The position numbers and the translations under genes were made by a program. The notes under the pieces are model-generated. The model was not told the origin of the DNA. It made no database searches and saw nothing but the letters and a program-made list of their open reading frames with translations. A DNA stretch of 63,050 bases, the filler included, from Parasitella parasitica NRRL 2501 (lineage: Eukaryota > Fungi > Mucoromycota), in assembly GCA_025201805.1 (NCBI GenBank). It is 11 parts of 11 records of this genome, joined end to end, with 100 filler letters (N's around TTAATTAATTAA, not from the genome) between each part and the next. Parts side by side here need not be neighbours in the genome. Positions count along the whole stretch, not along the records: positions 1 to 30,200 come from MU619359.1; 10 more parts are not named here. One strand, written 5' to 3'. Positions 1-12,700 of this stretch are shown piece by piece (the first letter of the stretch is position 1; every line of letters begins with the position of its first letter).

Positions 1-325
1 TAAAAAAGGAAAAGCTCTTGCAGAGCGAAACTCTTAATATGAGAATCGCTGAAGCTTGTCATAATGTTCTCTTTAGCGACTTGGAAGGATTCTGTCGCTA
101 TTCTGCTTCAAAATTTGAGACCTGCTTCAATAAAGAACCTCTATAATTTAATTTGCACACAGTGTGCAAAAAGCCAAATTCGTGAGTGTGCAAAAACTAC
201 TCTTACAAGTGTGCAAATATTATTTTTAAAAGTGTGCAAAAAATAAAATAAAAAGCGTGCAGAAAGTAAAATAAAATATGAGCAATTTTTTCCTCACCTT
301 GTGCGAATAATTTCTGAAAATAGTG
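1..325. mobile_element. Right end of a TIR DNA element (terminus reads CACTATTTT on the minus strand) with a subterminal GTGTGCAAA array; left boundary not determined
   Basis: Reverse complement of 301-325 (CACTATTTTCAGAAATTATTCGCAC) resembles the terminus at 40200 (CACTATTTCCGAAAATTATTGGTGCAC). Followed by TA at 326-327. Repeated gtgtgcaaa units at about 160-310. Confidence 0.5.
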
Positions 326-753
326 TATCGAACATAGCCTTATATCGTGCATGTGACTATTACTCTTAAAACAGTCACAGGCATAGTTGATACGGTACTA
401 CAGCTATTAGATTAATTTGACACATGTCCAGTCAAATCCATTTACTTCTTTATTCTTAAAAAAGCATATTTTGACAAACAATTATACTATGAGCATTAAT
501 CAACAATCAAGAGAGCGTCTCACTATCGAGCAAAAGTACGAAATCTGTAGCATAATGCTCAGTTTCCAACACAACACAAATTTAAATACCGTCAATTTAC
601 TGTAAAATAAGGCTAAAATTTCGAAATTTTTCAGCCTTATATCGAATAAGGCTAATAAGGCTAACTCCCTGCTTAAAAAAAAAATTCACAAAAATTTTAG
701 CCTTATATCGTGAATAGCCTTATATCGAACAGCCTTAAATCGAGCGGCTACTG
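326..753 (+). mobile_element. pogo/Tigger-like non-autonomous element (MITE), copy 1, left end interrupted
   Basis: Ends ...CGAGCGGCTACTG|TA (terminus CAGTAG plus TA). Several AGCCTTATATCG subterminal repeats. Contains MSINQQSRERLTIEQKYEIC, resembling a CENP-B/pogo N-terminal HTH. Near-identical inverted copy at 56025-56418. Confidence 0.7.
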
Positions 754-2115
754 TATAAGTCTTGTTGAGGCTTGCAAGTAGTTCGTGGGTAGAGTAATCT
801 ACATTTGTACTGACGTGAATTACTGGCAGTCTTTCACACATCATATTGATGTAGTGAAGCAGATATTTGCTAAAAATAATAAAATCCTGAAAGCATCAAT
901 ATTGCGACAGAACAACCAAGTTTCCGACTCGATATAACGAGCTTTATAAGAAGGAGGACATTAATCTGTGAGTATCATAGTTATTTAGTCTAAACTCTTC
1001 ACTAAATAATAAAGTCTGCGTACGTTATCTAGTTGATTTACCTTTTTTTCATATTTTTTTTCAGTGAATATCCTTTTATTAAGCATACTCTACAGATATA
1101 ATATAGCAGCAGTAGACCAAAGCTGCGCGGTATACATCCTTTATTTCTTAAGAAAAGCATTCCGCCATCCCTTAGACAAACATCACTTTCTCTTATTCTT
1201 AATAATATCTTAATGAAGCATGATGAGATAGGCTTTATTCGTTCTTTATCAAAGTCTATCAGCGATTATATGCTATTTTGATATGAATATTTGTGTTAAC
1301 ATCTGATAAACTTGATAGATATCATTAAAAACGTGGATGCAAACGTTGTTTTCAGATAGTGGCGAATTAACGCCAAGTTTTCCAAGTTAGATCGTGGTCC
1401 TACGATCATTTTAGCAAAAGCTATGATCAAATATCTGTTATTTGTGATAAATTATGAAAAATAAAACTGTTCTTGTACACAACTCTTGGCAGACACATTG
1501 CCCAGTGGACAGCAAGTTATGCTCAGATAACGGCGATCATGCCTCTTCTGATGGAGGGTTTATTCGGCTCTCAATTGAAGCCTATCGGCGTTTTTTATAT
1601 GCAATTCTCATTTAAAAATTTGTGTTTTCTGCTGACATGTAGACTTTGGTTCTTGCTACTTTTTAGTAAAGTCGCTTCCAAAATCCATCGGTGATCTTTC
1701 CTTCTTTGCAGAACAATTCGATATCAGGGTTGTTAAGCCTTATCAATAATTTTACCTCACCATCCTTTCATCGCTTTCAAATTGATGATACACTCGAATT
1801 TCATCAATCGTCTGTGATTGTATGCTTTTTTTGTATTCAATAAAAGTTACATTTCTAAAAATGCAGAGTAGATAAAGGCATTTCTTAATGCACGGATGGC
1901 CAAACAAACAAAGTCCCGATTGTATCTAACCAGGAGTTTGTTGAGCGCTATAGTAGAGATCTAGATTGCAGTTTCAATATAAGCTGTAATAGAATACCCA
2001 TTGGCTGATGTGTGATTTAAATCACAGGCATTTCATTTACTCTTCTATTTTTTTTTTTTTTTTTTTTTTTNNNNNNNNNNNNNNNNNNNNTTTTTTCATA
2101 TACAAAACTTGTTCC

Positions 2116-4995
2116 ATGAGCATAGATGATGAGGACTTGGAGAGGGCTGGTACCCGATCAAGGAGACAGTTGACCAACTCGAAAAAATATCCAGTTTATC
2201 CACCCGAAGAAGAAGAGCAGGGCGAGAATCAGATTCGTCAGTCTAGCCTACATTTATCAAGGCTCGTAAAGAGCAAGCCGAGGACATTTTTCATTATACT
2301 GATCCTGTGTACACTACTACTGACCACATTATATCGGTCCCCATCGATACGTCTACCGCCAAGAAAAGCTGCAACCACCTTCTTCCAAGAAGCCACAGAG
2401 TTTAACGACTCTTCACAATACACAGACTATGCGCTTCTCGATAGATTATTGGTAGACCAGAAAGGTTTGTTTCAACACGACTAATTGACGTGGGCACTAA
2501 GCAACCGTATAGTAGAATCACCTCCAACACCTCTTTCCCGTCTTGACAGCTATTTCAATGTGAATTCGCCTGATCGTAATTCATTCGCCAACTTACTGTC
2601 GAAAAGCGCGGTCGCTGGACACACGTTCGATGAGCTTCGTCGGCTGACCAACAGCGTATCCTTACCAGTTGTATCTTTGGGCAAAACCCGTCGCGTGCCT
2701 GTTACAGCCATCATTCACACTACAACAGTGACGCAGCTCTATATACAAGTGCAAGCGATACTCACTCAGACCGCTTTGCCGGAGCACATTTGGATTGTTT
2801 GTGACACAGCGTCAAAGCAAGAAGTGGAGGCACGTATCATGACACTGGATCGTAGAAGGGTCAAAGTCATGGCAAGGGATAGTGAAGCGAATATGTGGCT
2901 CCAGACGATAGCCCATGTGCCCACCGAGTTTGTCTGGGTTATAGATCAGGATATCGCACCGGGAAAGCGTTACTTGGAAAACTTGCTGAAATTATCGCAG
3001 ACGTCGCAGTATAAATCAGCTTTACTGGGGACAGAGGGTGTGGTGTTGAATATGGCGTCCAAGGGCAAGATTGAATGCATCCCAGATACCATGCATTCAG
3101 GTAGCAGACAGATGAGAAGTCAGGCGGTAGATATGATCAACGACAGTTGGTTATTGCATCGATCATGGATACCGTATCTGGTTGGAGCAATCGAAAAGGA
3201 AGAAATGGCAGCGGCGGCAGAGCCTTTGATTGGGTTATTCATCAGCCGCACTTTGTACATGACAGCTGGCATTCCGTCTGTTGCTTTGCCTTCTGATCCA
3301 ATTGAGCGAGCCTATTGGGGAGATGTAAGATTACAAAGAACACAGAAATCAGAGACCTGTAAAGCGTTGGAAGCCATGGTCAAGGATAAAGAGATGCAGG
3401 CTAAGCTCTATCAAGGCATGCTCTACAGAGGACATCCTTCGCCGACTGCTGTTGCGGAACCGATTTTATTTTACGTGGATTCTCAGCAAGACTTTGAGCA
3501 ACTGGCGCCTTTGATATGCAGATTTGAAGCTAGAGAGGATATAGATTTGCATGTTGTGACCAGCGGCGAGCTACGGGGATTATCAGATCAGCGGGTTCGA
3601 AGCGCCCTGCCATCTTCATGCGGCTACGATGATTTCCCTGCTCGAGTAGTGGTGCATGATCTTGGCATATTGCAGGAATCCACAGAGGGGAGCGTGGTGA
3701 ATGACGTTTTGCACCGTCTCACTCGAACCCTGACTGCAATTCGACCTGTTGTGATGATTCATACGCTTGAAAACGACCTATCTATTAGCATCAATGCAGT
3801 CAGCAAAATCGTGCATATCCCAAGCATTTATTTGCCAGCACAAGATATACCTTATGCTCTGTGGATGGCGGAGTTCTCGTTGGATATACTATCAAGTATT
3901 GTGTAAAACCTCTTTCGCATGTTGGTATGCAAACTAACCCTGTGGTTATCTGTAGAATGGCATTCGTTTGACATCAAGATGATGATTACAACTGACAAAA
4001 AGCCACATGCAGTAGCACGTTTGTTGAATTCAGCTACAAATGCACATTATCTAGGAGACAAGGTTGATTTGACGATACTCATGGACCACACAACTGACCA
4101 GATAACGCAAACATTAGCAAACAACTACAGTTGGAAGAGAGGAGAAAAAATCATCCGTCATCGCATTGCAGCAACGCCCAACTCGTCTGTCTTTGTTGAA
4201 TCATGGTATCCAGCAGGCAACAATGAGTACGCCATCATACTAAACAACGATATTGAACTCTCGCCCATGTTTTATGCTTGGTCAAAATACGCCATCTTAA
4301 AATATCGATACGAGTCCTTTTCTGCACAGCTTTGCGGTATTAGCCTTTATTCACCGCAAGTAATTGAAACTGATCCATCCGGCCGACAATTATTCAATGC
4401 GAGCAGTATAGTGCGAGGAGATGCCTTTATGATGCAACTACCTAGCTACTCAGGTGCTGTTTACTTTCCGGAGCATTGGAGGGAGTTCCATGATTATGTC
4501 ACAGCAAGAATGGTAGACGCCAATGGATTTGAAATGCAAGAGGTCACTGTCCCTAACCTCAGGTCAAGTGGATGGAGCAGATCATGGAAAAAGTACTTTG
4601 AAGAGCTGGTCTATCTGAGATCCTATGTCATGTTATACCCAACCCGCAGTTTATCGACTGTGCATTTGGAGCTGAGAAAGAAGGCGTTGAGAGAACAATT
4701 TGAAGATGCGATATCGTTGTACAATGTGCCACTAAACAAACACAATGTTGCGGCTCTGCCATCCTTGAACAAACTGCCGATCCTGGATTTGTGGGGATCT
4801 CCAACGAGCATGAATGAGCTCGAGGAGAGGGGACTCACATTGCGGGCAGAAATCTCGGCATGCACTTTAATGGAGCAGCAGTACGATCCAACTGATCTAT
4901 TATGTCCGTTTGCTAGACTGGTCACTGTGCCCCTTGAGGATGAAAATGATCCATTACCTGAACTTCCAACTAAGGAAATCACTGTCTATTTTTGA
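2116..4995 (+). CDS. Type II membrane glycosyltransferase-like protein with two GT-A-like regions (GT2-like); 3 exons
   Basis: ATG at 2116; frame-consistent introns about 2465-2512 and 3896-3955. N-terminal TM (FFIILILCTLLL). Motifs FVWVIDQDIAPGKRYLE and VESWYP...EYAIILNNDIELSP, YFPEHWREFHDY, SWKKY. Confidence 0.75.
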
Positions 4996-5168
4996 AGAAC
5001 AGTCTTGACCTTAATTAATACCGTAATTGTCAATAAATTGCACAACAATTTAAACTGACCAACCTCTCTCTCTTTTTTTAATTTTTTTTTTTTTTACTTT
5101 TTTTCTTTCTTTCTTTTACTACTTTCCTTTTCGTTTTTTCCTTTTAATCTGTATTCTTTACAATCAAC

Positions 5169-7320
5169 ATGTCAGCTGAAGTACCTAAATCTCACCATGC
5201 TCACCATCCAGACTTGGATGAAAAACAAAAGAGGGTTAAAAAGTACGACAAATTCAATACGAATTCCCTTCGCCGTGACCTTTTACTGTCCAAGTTTGAT
5301 CGAACGCTAGTAGTGGAAAAGGCCAAATTCGAGCCTAGTAGCAACATCAGTAGCGACGAGAACACATCCACTGTGATTCAAGCAGCCCCATCTATACAAG
5401 CCCAACATGACGAAAAGCAATTCCCAAAGATAGATGTCGCCCCATATGCTGAACATACCCCGGATATCGAACATCCTAACCTTAGCAACAAGGCAGTATC
5501 ACCACCGTCTGCTACCATGACAACGCATACACTGACCACATCTCCCTCAGCACCTACACTGAGCACCGCAGCTACCAATAACAATAATGCTGCTTCTACT
5601 TCCACTTCTAATACTACTTCTACTACTACTACTACTACTACTATTACTAATATTACCAACAATTCATCGGCCTCACATTTGCCATCAGCAACTTCACATT
5701 CCGTCAGTGACCCTAAAAGAAGGTTGACACCTGGTAAAAGTGAGGTAATTTGATCATCATCATGTGCTTAATGCGCTAAATTGACTTGTGTGTCTCTCTC
5801 CCTCTTTCAAGAATAACGGCTCAATACCCATTCGTTCACCATCGACCCTGCAGAGCAATAGAAAAGTCATGAAGAAGCAATCCAAGTCGACGATGAGCGG
5901 CACAGCGAGTCCGGCCGAAGTATTTCATAGAAACTTGGTGGATGCAGTGTCCAATGTAGACGGTACTGTATAATGTGCAGAGTATGGATCTTATACTAAT
6001 AGGGCCAAAACATTCAGACTCTGATGAAAACGAGCATTATGTGTATCCGTATAGTGGAAATGAGTCGAATACATCCGGCATGCATCGACCATTGTCTGTC
6101 CGGTCTACATCCGCAAGCCTCCTTGATTGGAAAAAGAGATCAGGGAAAGGCTTTGGAGACTGGCTGAGACGAACGCTTTATGACAAATCTGCACAGCCTG
6201 TAGTAGATGAGGAAGAAGAGGATTTGCTTTGGTCTGGCGGCGAGCAGCAGCAATCGCAGCAGCGAAGACCAAAGCTAAGGAACCATGTCAAAGATCACCA
6301 GCAGCAAGCGAACAAGTCAAGTTTGCTGGATTTGTGGCATGACAGCTTCAACAAGAAATACCCATCTCCCTCTGCATCAAAAAAATCGTTTGCTAAAAAG
6401 TATTATTCAACGCAGAAGCACTCGCCATCTTACATAGGACAGGCAAATAGAAATGGCGGCTACACTAGCGATGATGAAGCAGCGCCTTTAATACTAAGAA
6501 GACAGAAACGATCGCCTGCCAAGCCGAAAAAGACATGGTAAAATCAAGCCCTGCGATTGTGTAATGCGGCGACTAACCTCAATTATAGCACCCATACGCT
6601 GCAAAACTTGCTGCTGTCGATTGTGCTACTAGTGCTGTTGGTGATGCTGATAATAGTGTACAAGGCGCAGCCATTAATGGAATTAACGGTCGATATGGGC
6701 CGAGTACTGGCCACTGACAAGGAGCTCATTTTTGATTTAAGAGTCAAGGCAAACAATTGGAACTGGTGGTCCATTCATGTTGCTGAGGCAGACATTAGTG
6801 TCTTTGCATTTAGCCAGATTGTGCCCAGCAGCAACGTCGTTGTCAGCGACATAGGTGCGGGCACCATCCGAGGCGTTGATCCAGCAGAGTATTTGGGCGG
6901 TTTAACGCACTTTGATGAGCCTCTGTCGATACCATCGAACCTGCTCAACCGTGATAGTCCATTGGCAGCCATCAGTCAAATTAGAATCAAATCGCCTGGA
7001 GCAGATGCTAGCGGGAATGAGCGATGGTTTGTGCTTTTAATAAGGTTTCCATAGGACATTTTAGACTCATGTTGTCATTGTTTAGGTCTCGGATGATTCG
7101 GTATCCTTATGGACTTGTAGTTAGAGGCGTGCTTAAATACAAGCCCGTCCCCTTTCTGTTGGGCACGTATCCGCAATCCGTAGCCATCTGCAATGTCACG
7201 CGAGTCGACCCTACTACGGGTGCGGTATCCTCAGATCCAGATAGAACTGTTTGCTCCAGCCAGGACACTGTAAGCATATTTTCTCACGGTCGTCATACGA
7301 GGACTGTTGTTCAGCTATAA
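5169..7320 (+). CDS. VAC7: Vacuolar segregation protein Vac7-like (Fab1 regulator); 6 exons
   Basis: Introns 5745-5811, 5963-6017, 6538-6588, 7027-7085, 7270-7314. Motif AEVFHRNLVDAVSNVDDSDENEHYVY, a single TM, and a lumenal domain (VLATDKELIFDLRVKANNWN...ERWSRMIRYPYGLVVRGVLKY). Confidence 0.75.
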
Positions 7321-7396
7321 TAAAAAGGGCTCTCTGAGCATTGTAAATATCGTATACACATATACATATCTTATTTTCAGTCCACTAGCAAATAAC

Positions 7397-8401
7397 ATGA
7401 GCAAACTCGTAGTTTATGGAGGTGCCGGTGCTCTTGGCCGCTGCCTTGTTAATCATTTCAAGTCAAAAGACTATGTAGGTTGGTGTATACATTCGCTTGC
7501 GCACATCATTTACTGTTTTGTCGATAGTTTGTGATTAACGTTGATCTTGTCGAGAATCAAGACGCGAGCTACAACATACTGGCCACCAACACTGGCTCTC
7601 TTGCTGAGCAAGGTGAATCTATTGATACATCTATCGCCACTGTTTTGGAGTCAGAAAAGTTATGCGCTGTCTTTTGTGTTGCTGGAGGTTGGGCTGGAGG
7701 GAATGCTGCAAACAAAGGTATATTGTATAGCACATGGCAACAGAGCTGTCTTGTCTGATGTGCATGCTATATAGAGTTCTTGAATTCGTCTGAATTAATG
7801 CTGAACCAAAGCGTCCACTCTTCTTTGATTGCTGCTCGAATCGCTTCCAAACATCTTCAACCGTAAAGTATATCTACAGACTTTTGCATGAATTAGGCCG
7901 CTAACCTAATACGCACAAAGAGGTGGACTCTTGACCTTGACAGGCGCATTGGCCGCTTTGGAAGCTACTCCTGGCATGATTGGTTATGGTATGGCAAAGG
8001 CTGCTGTACACCATCTCGTGAAAGACCTAGCTGCTCCCAACGGCGGACTTCCTGAAGGTTGCAAGGTTACTGCTGTATTACCGTACGTCGTATCTTTGAA
8101 TTATTGATATATATATATATGCACTATACAGAACATAACTAAAATGCCCTATAGAATCACAATTGATACTCCCATGAACAGAAAGTATATGCCCCGTTCT
8201 GATTTCTCTACCTGGACATCTCCACAAGATATTGCAAAGTAAGTTTGGGATTTTTTGTGTTGTTTAGTGTTGGACAGGTGACGAATGTGGTATTTGTATA
8301 GACAATTGGAAGGCTACCTTACAGGCGCCTTGCCTCTTGCTAGCGGCAAGCTTGTTCGGGCTGTTACAGAAAACAGTCAAACTACGTTTGATCAAATTTA
8401 A
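7397..8401 (+). CDS. QDPR: Dihydropteridine reductase (SDR family), multi-exon
   Basis: [10 protein letters not shown] Rossmann motif, [40 protein letters not shown], ending [19 protein letters not shown]-stop. Several short GT-AG introns. Confidence 0.9.
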
Positions 8402-9738
8402 GAAATAAATCACAACAACACTTGTAAGGCTGTCGACGTTCAAGGTGTACCTGTTTGTCTTGTGGCATTGTGAAAGGTATCACAATTTAAATGCATACTA
8501 TTATACCGTAATTATCGCTGTGGGAAGCTTGAACTGGAGAGATGTAACCTTTTTGAATGAAATGTATTAATCTATATTGCATGCGAGTTGATTTTGAAAT
8601 CGATTCCACAAATCAGCAAGTAAAGTACGCGCATCATGATAAGATTCAAGGCACATTGTTGGCATAACAAAGGGAATGCCAAATTTGTCTAGAAGACGAC
8701 TTTGCGTAGCATACCATGTATTGCACTGCATAGATCGATGAGATTAAGCTTTTTTGTTTTATTTTGTTTTTTTTTGATCCAGGAACATGCGATATTATTT
8801 CAAAAGGACGACCTGCTCTAGAAAAAATTCTTGTATCATAAACGTATTTTCAGACAACCATTGCTCATTAAAATAAGTAGCAGCTCTTTCAAAGGAATTG
8901 CATCATTTCGGATGCCTCTACTGATATCCACTGTAAAATTTTTAGCTTGAAAATAAACTCAAGATGTGCGTTATACTTGTTTAAACTCTTTGATCTGTCA
9001 TAATTAAGAAGACTTTACTGTTAAGGGATTATTTGTTCTATTTGGCATTGCGACCACAAAAACGAATAAACTTTACCACGACACAAAACATCACTGTGGC
9101 ACTCTGGATTCTTTTGTACAAAGGTCTTTTGTAGGTATGTAAAACCGAGCAGGCAACAAGAATAGTTCGATTTGGGGTTTGGTATCATTTTACAATGGCT
9201 GTTAATCAAGGCCTGCGTTATAGCAAACCATTATAATGCTTTTAAGCTCTACGGTTCACTCCAAGGCCGCAAATCAGACACAAGTAGTACTACTATATAG
9301 ATCAAAAGGGAAAGTCTACATCGTGCTTTTACGGCTCTGTGTGTGAGAAGGATAGTATCAGATGATTAGTACACTTGTATCTTGTAACCTTTTTCTGCGT
9401 TATTGCTGATCTTATTGGAGCTTGCCCAATAACTTTCTTAATTTTTTACCCTTCTGTTCATTGCTTGTGAGCATTTCACATGAATTGAACAATAGGGAGG
9501 GGAGAGAGATCAATTTTCGTAATAGGGCCCTGTCAGACGACAGAAACTCTAGGATAATACAGATGCTCTACTGTGCAACTGAGAGAAATCTCGTTTTGCC
9601 CATGTCCTTGTGTACAAAAGAAAATGTTGTATAAATACCACATATCCTCTGGGATCAAGTGGGGTTTTCAATACTACGATTATCCTCTCTTTGTCACCTC
9701 TATACAGATCTTTTATTCCTCTTTCTAGTTTTTCTTAA

Positions 9739-12700
9739 ATGGCTGGTAGCATACACCAAACGTATGAGCATCAGGTAGTTGTGTCTGATGGCGGCAACTA
9801 TTATCCCACAGCAGACAATGAAATAAACTCTAGCAATCAGGATAATGACGTTCTGGAAGAATACTCTGAAAAAGCGGCTCCACCTCCAAAGCAAAAGTTT
9901 TACAAGAAAAAGAGATACTGGATCATTTGCTCCATTATTACTGTCATTGTAGTGGTAGTGGTTGTTGTTTTGGCCCTGTACGTCATTTTCCCCAAGATTG
10001 CTCAATCCTTGATGAACAAATCCAAAATTGACGTTACTGCTGCTGACATTACATTCACAAAACCTGATGCCCTCGCCAACCAGGTCTATGCTAAACGCGA
10101 TGGCGATGACATGAATTCTACCTTCTACATGAACATGCAAAGTGCTCTATCTGACACTGGTCCATTTTCTGCAAAGATCAGGTTCCACAATCCTATTCAG
10201 GTGTATTATAACGAATCGTACCTTGGTGATATATTTCTCTACAACGAAACCAGCATTGGTGGTGGCCACGGTACCTTGAATGCCGTTACGCCCTTCTTGA
10301 TCAGAGACCAGCCCACTTTTGCTAGCTTTGCAAAAACCATGTTGGCTGTGGAATCCTTCAAATGGACCCTTAAAGGCAAACTTGACATTACCGCTCTTAC
10401 CAGGTTTGTTATAGCTTGTAAAATATTCTAGCAGACATATTACTAACATTTCCGTGTGTAGAACTGCAACAGTTGACTTGAATAAAGAAATTGTTCTCAA
10501 TGGTAAGTCTTGACATAGAATGCTCTTAAAACACACCCCCCCCGCTAACGCTGTCTCTAGGCATGAATGGCTTCCCAAATGTGAAAATCAACTCTTTCCA
10601 GCTTCCTGGAGATGATCCCAATGGCGGTATTCTCGTTGAACTGGGCACTGTTTTAGAGAGCCCATCTCCTATTGGCGTCCAATTGGGCACTATCAAGCTC
10701 GCAATCGGCTACGATGGCGTTCCACTTGGTTCTGTTACTGGCCAAAACGTAAACCTTGTTAAGGGCGAAAACAACATTCTTCTCAAGGGCACTCTCGCCC
10801 CTCAAAACGACACTGTGTCTCTTGAAAAGATCGGTGTGCTTTTCTCAAACTATGTCGCTGGCCAGCTCTCTAATACCACTGCAGTTGGTTTATCTTGTGC
10901 TCCTGACGGTGTCAATGCTATCGGCTGGCTTTCGGAGGGTTTCTCAACAGTCAAATTAAACGTTGGCCTGACTGCTGGCTCGCCGTTGAAGATCATCAAT
11001 GGCGTTAGTCTGGGCTACCTTGACTTGAAATTCGATCCTGCGTCTCCATACTCACCTGTTGCCAATGCACCTGCTGTCATTGCCAACTTTCAGATGCCAT
11101 TTGGTTTTACGCTGAACATCACTGAGGTCTCTCAAAATATTACGCTTGCCATCAATACCACCGGTGAGAAGACTGAGAACTTTGCCGTAATGCAAACGCC
11201 ATACACTCCTGCTGTCAGCAGCCAACAAAACGGTACCATCATCTTCCCTTTGACAAACACTGCTTTAGCTGGTATTGCTGGCAAGGAGAGCATCTACAAT
11301 CAATACACCTATGCCTTGACTGCCAATAGCAACTACACCTTTATGGTCTCTGGTATTGCTACCACTAAAGCCACCACTCCTCTCGGCCCTATCGTACTGA
11401 GCGGTATTAATTTTACTGTGCCTACTACTCTCAATGGCTTGCAGTTCTTGAATAGCTCTGCCACTGTCATCAACTCTCTTGATGTCACTGGCGGCACTGA
11501 AGCAGGCCTGGCTCTTGCTATCAATGTCACTATGGACAATCCCTCTGATTTTGGAATTTCTACTGGTGATGTGAGCTTCAACATGGGCGCCAGTGGCACT
11601 ACTCTTGGCCTTGTCACTTTGAACAACCTTACTCTGAACCGTGGCCAGAACACCGTCGCTGCTGCTGCTTCTTTTGACCCCAAATCTTCTGATGTTGGAC
11701 AAAACCTACTCAGCACTTTTGTCATGGGCTCTAACAATGCCGTCGATATCTCTGGCTATGGCAATTCCACCAACATTGCTTCCCTTGCTGAGGCTTTGAG
11801 TGTTGTCAGCCTCAGTTCTACTCTCCCTGGTCTTACAACTGCTTTGATCCAAGGCTCATCCATGGCTGTTTTGAATGATACTTTGCAAACAAGTATGGTC
11901 GGCGTCAAGGTGACTATCGCCAATCCTTTCTCTGCTGGTTTGAGCATCTCCAAGGTCGTTGCTGCTGCTACTTTTGTAGGCATGCCCGTCGGCAATATTG
12001 ACCAAGATATCAGTAGTAATCCCTTTGTTATTGGCGGCAAGAGCACTGCTACATCGCAAGATTTGAGCATGAGCATGAACCTCGAGCCTGCCGCTGTTGC
12101 CCTGCTGCTCCGTACTCTTGCACTCCAAGCTGGTATAAACACCAACGCGCTTGATGGTTTGCTTGCTCTGGGTGGCTTCAACATTGAAGGTCAAGAAGAC
12201 GTCGGTACCGACGCTAGTCTTTTCCAGGGCTTTGACGTGTCTCAATTCGTTTTAGATGCCATGAAGGCCTTAAAGGTAGACCTTTCTCTTTCGTCTACCA
12301 TTACAATTGGCCAGTATATCAATGATCTAGCCTTTTCTCAAGCCGATGTTGTTGTTGCAGCTGATAGCTCTGTTACCAAGCTGATTCCTATTGTTGGCCA
12401 GCCTATTGTACAGCAAATAGTTGATGGTTCCATTCTTGGGTTTGATAGCATTGTCATGTCTAACGTCGGCGAGTCCTCTTTTACTGTTCAAATGAAGGGC
12501 AGTATTTCCAACTCTGGGCCAATGGACGCTATCATCAGTTTTCCTACTCCTCTTACCATCTACTGGCAAGGAAGAACCCTTGGTACTGTAACCATGGCCA
12601 ATATCAATGCCAAAGCTGACGTTGGTGCTTCATTTGATGTCCAGGGTAGCTTTTCTATTGCTAGTGGAAGCGATATGGCAGACTTCTCTGCTTATTTAAT

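Noticed and set aside
620-745. AGCCTTATATCG repeats resembling a CRISPR-like array
   Set aside because: Repeats are 12 bp, irregularly spaced and partly inverted, inside a MITE in a eukaryote; these are subterminal repeats.
2008-2115. ORF start upstream of the glycosyltransferase-like gene
   Set aside because: Runs through poly-T and an N gap; ATG 2116 is the plausible start.
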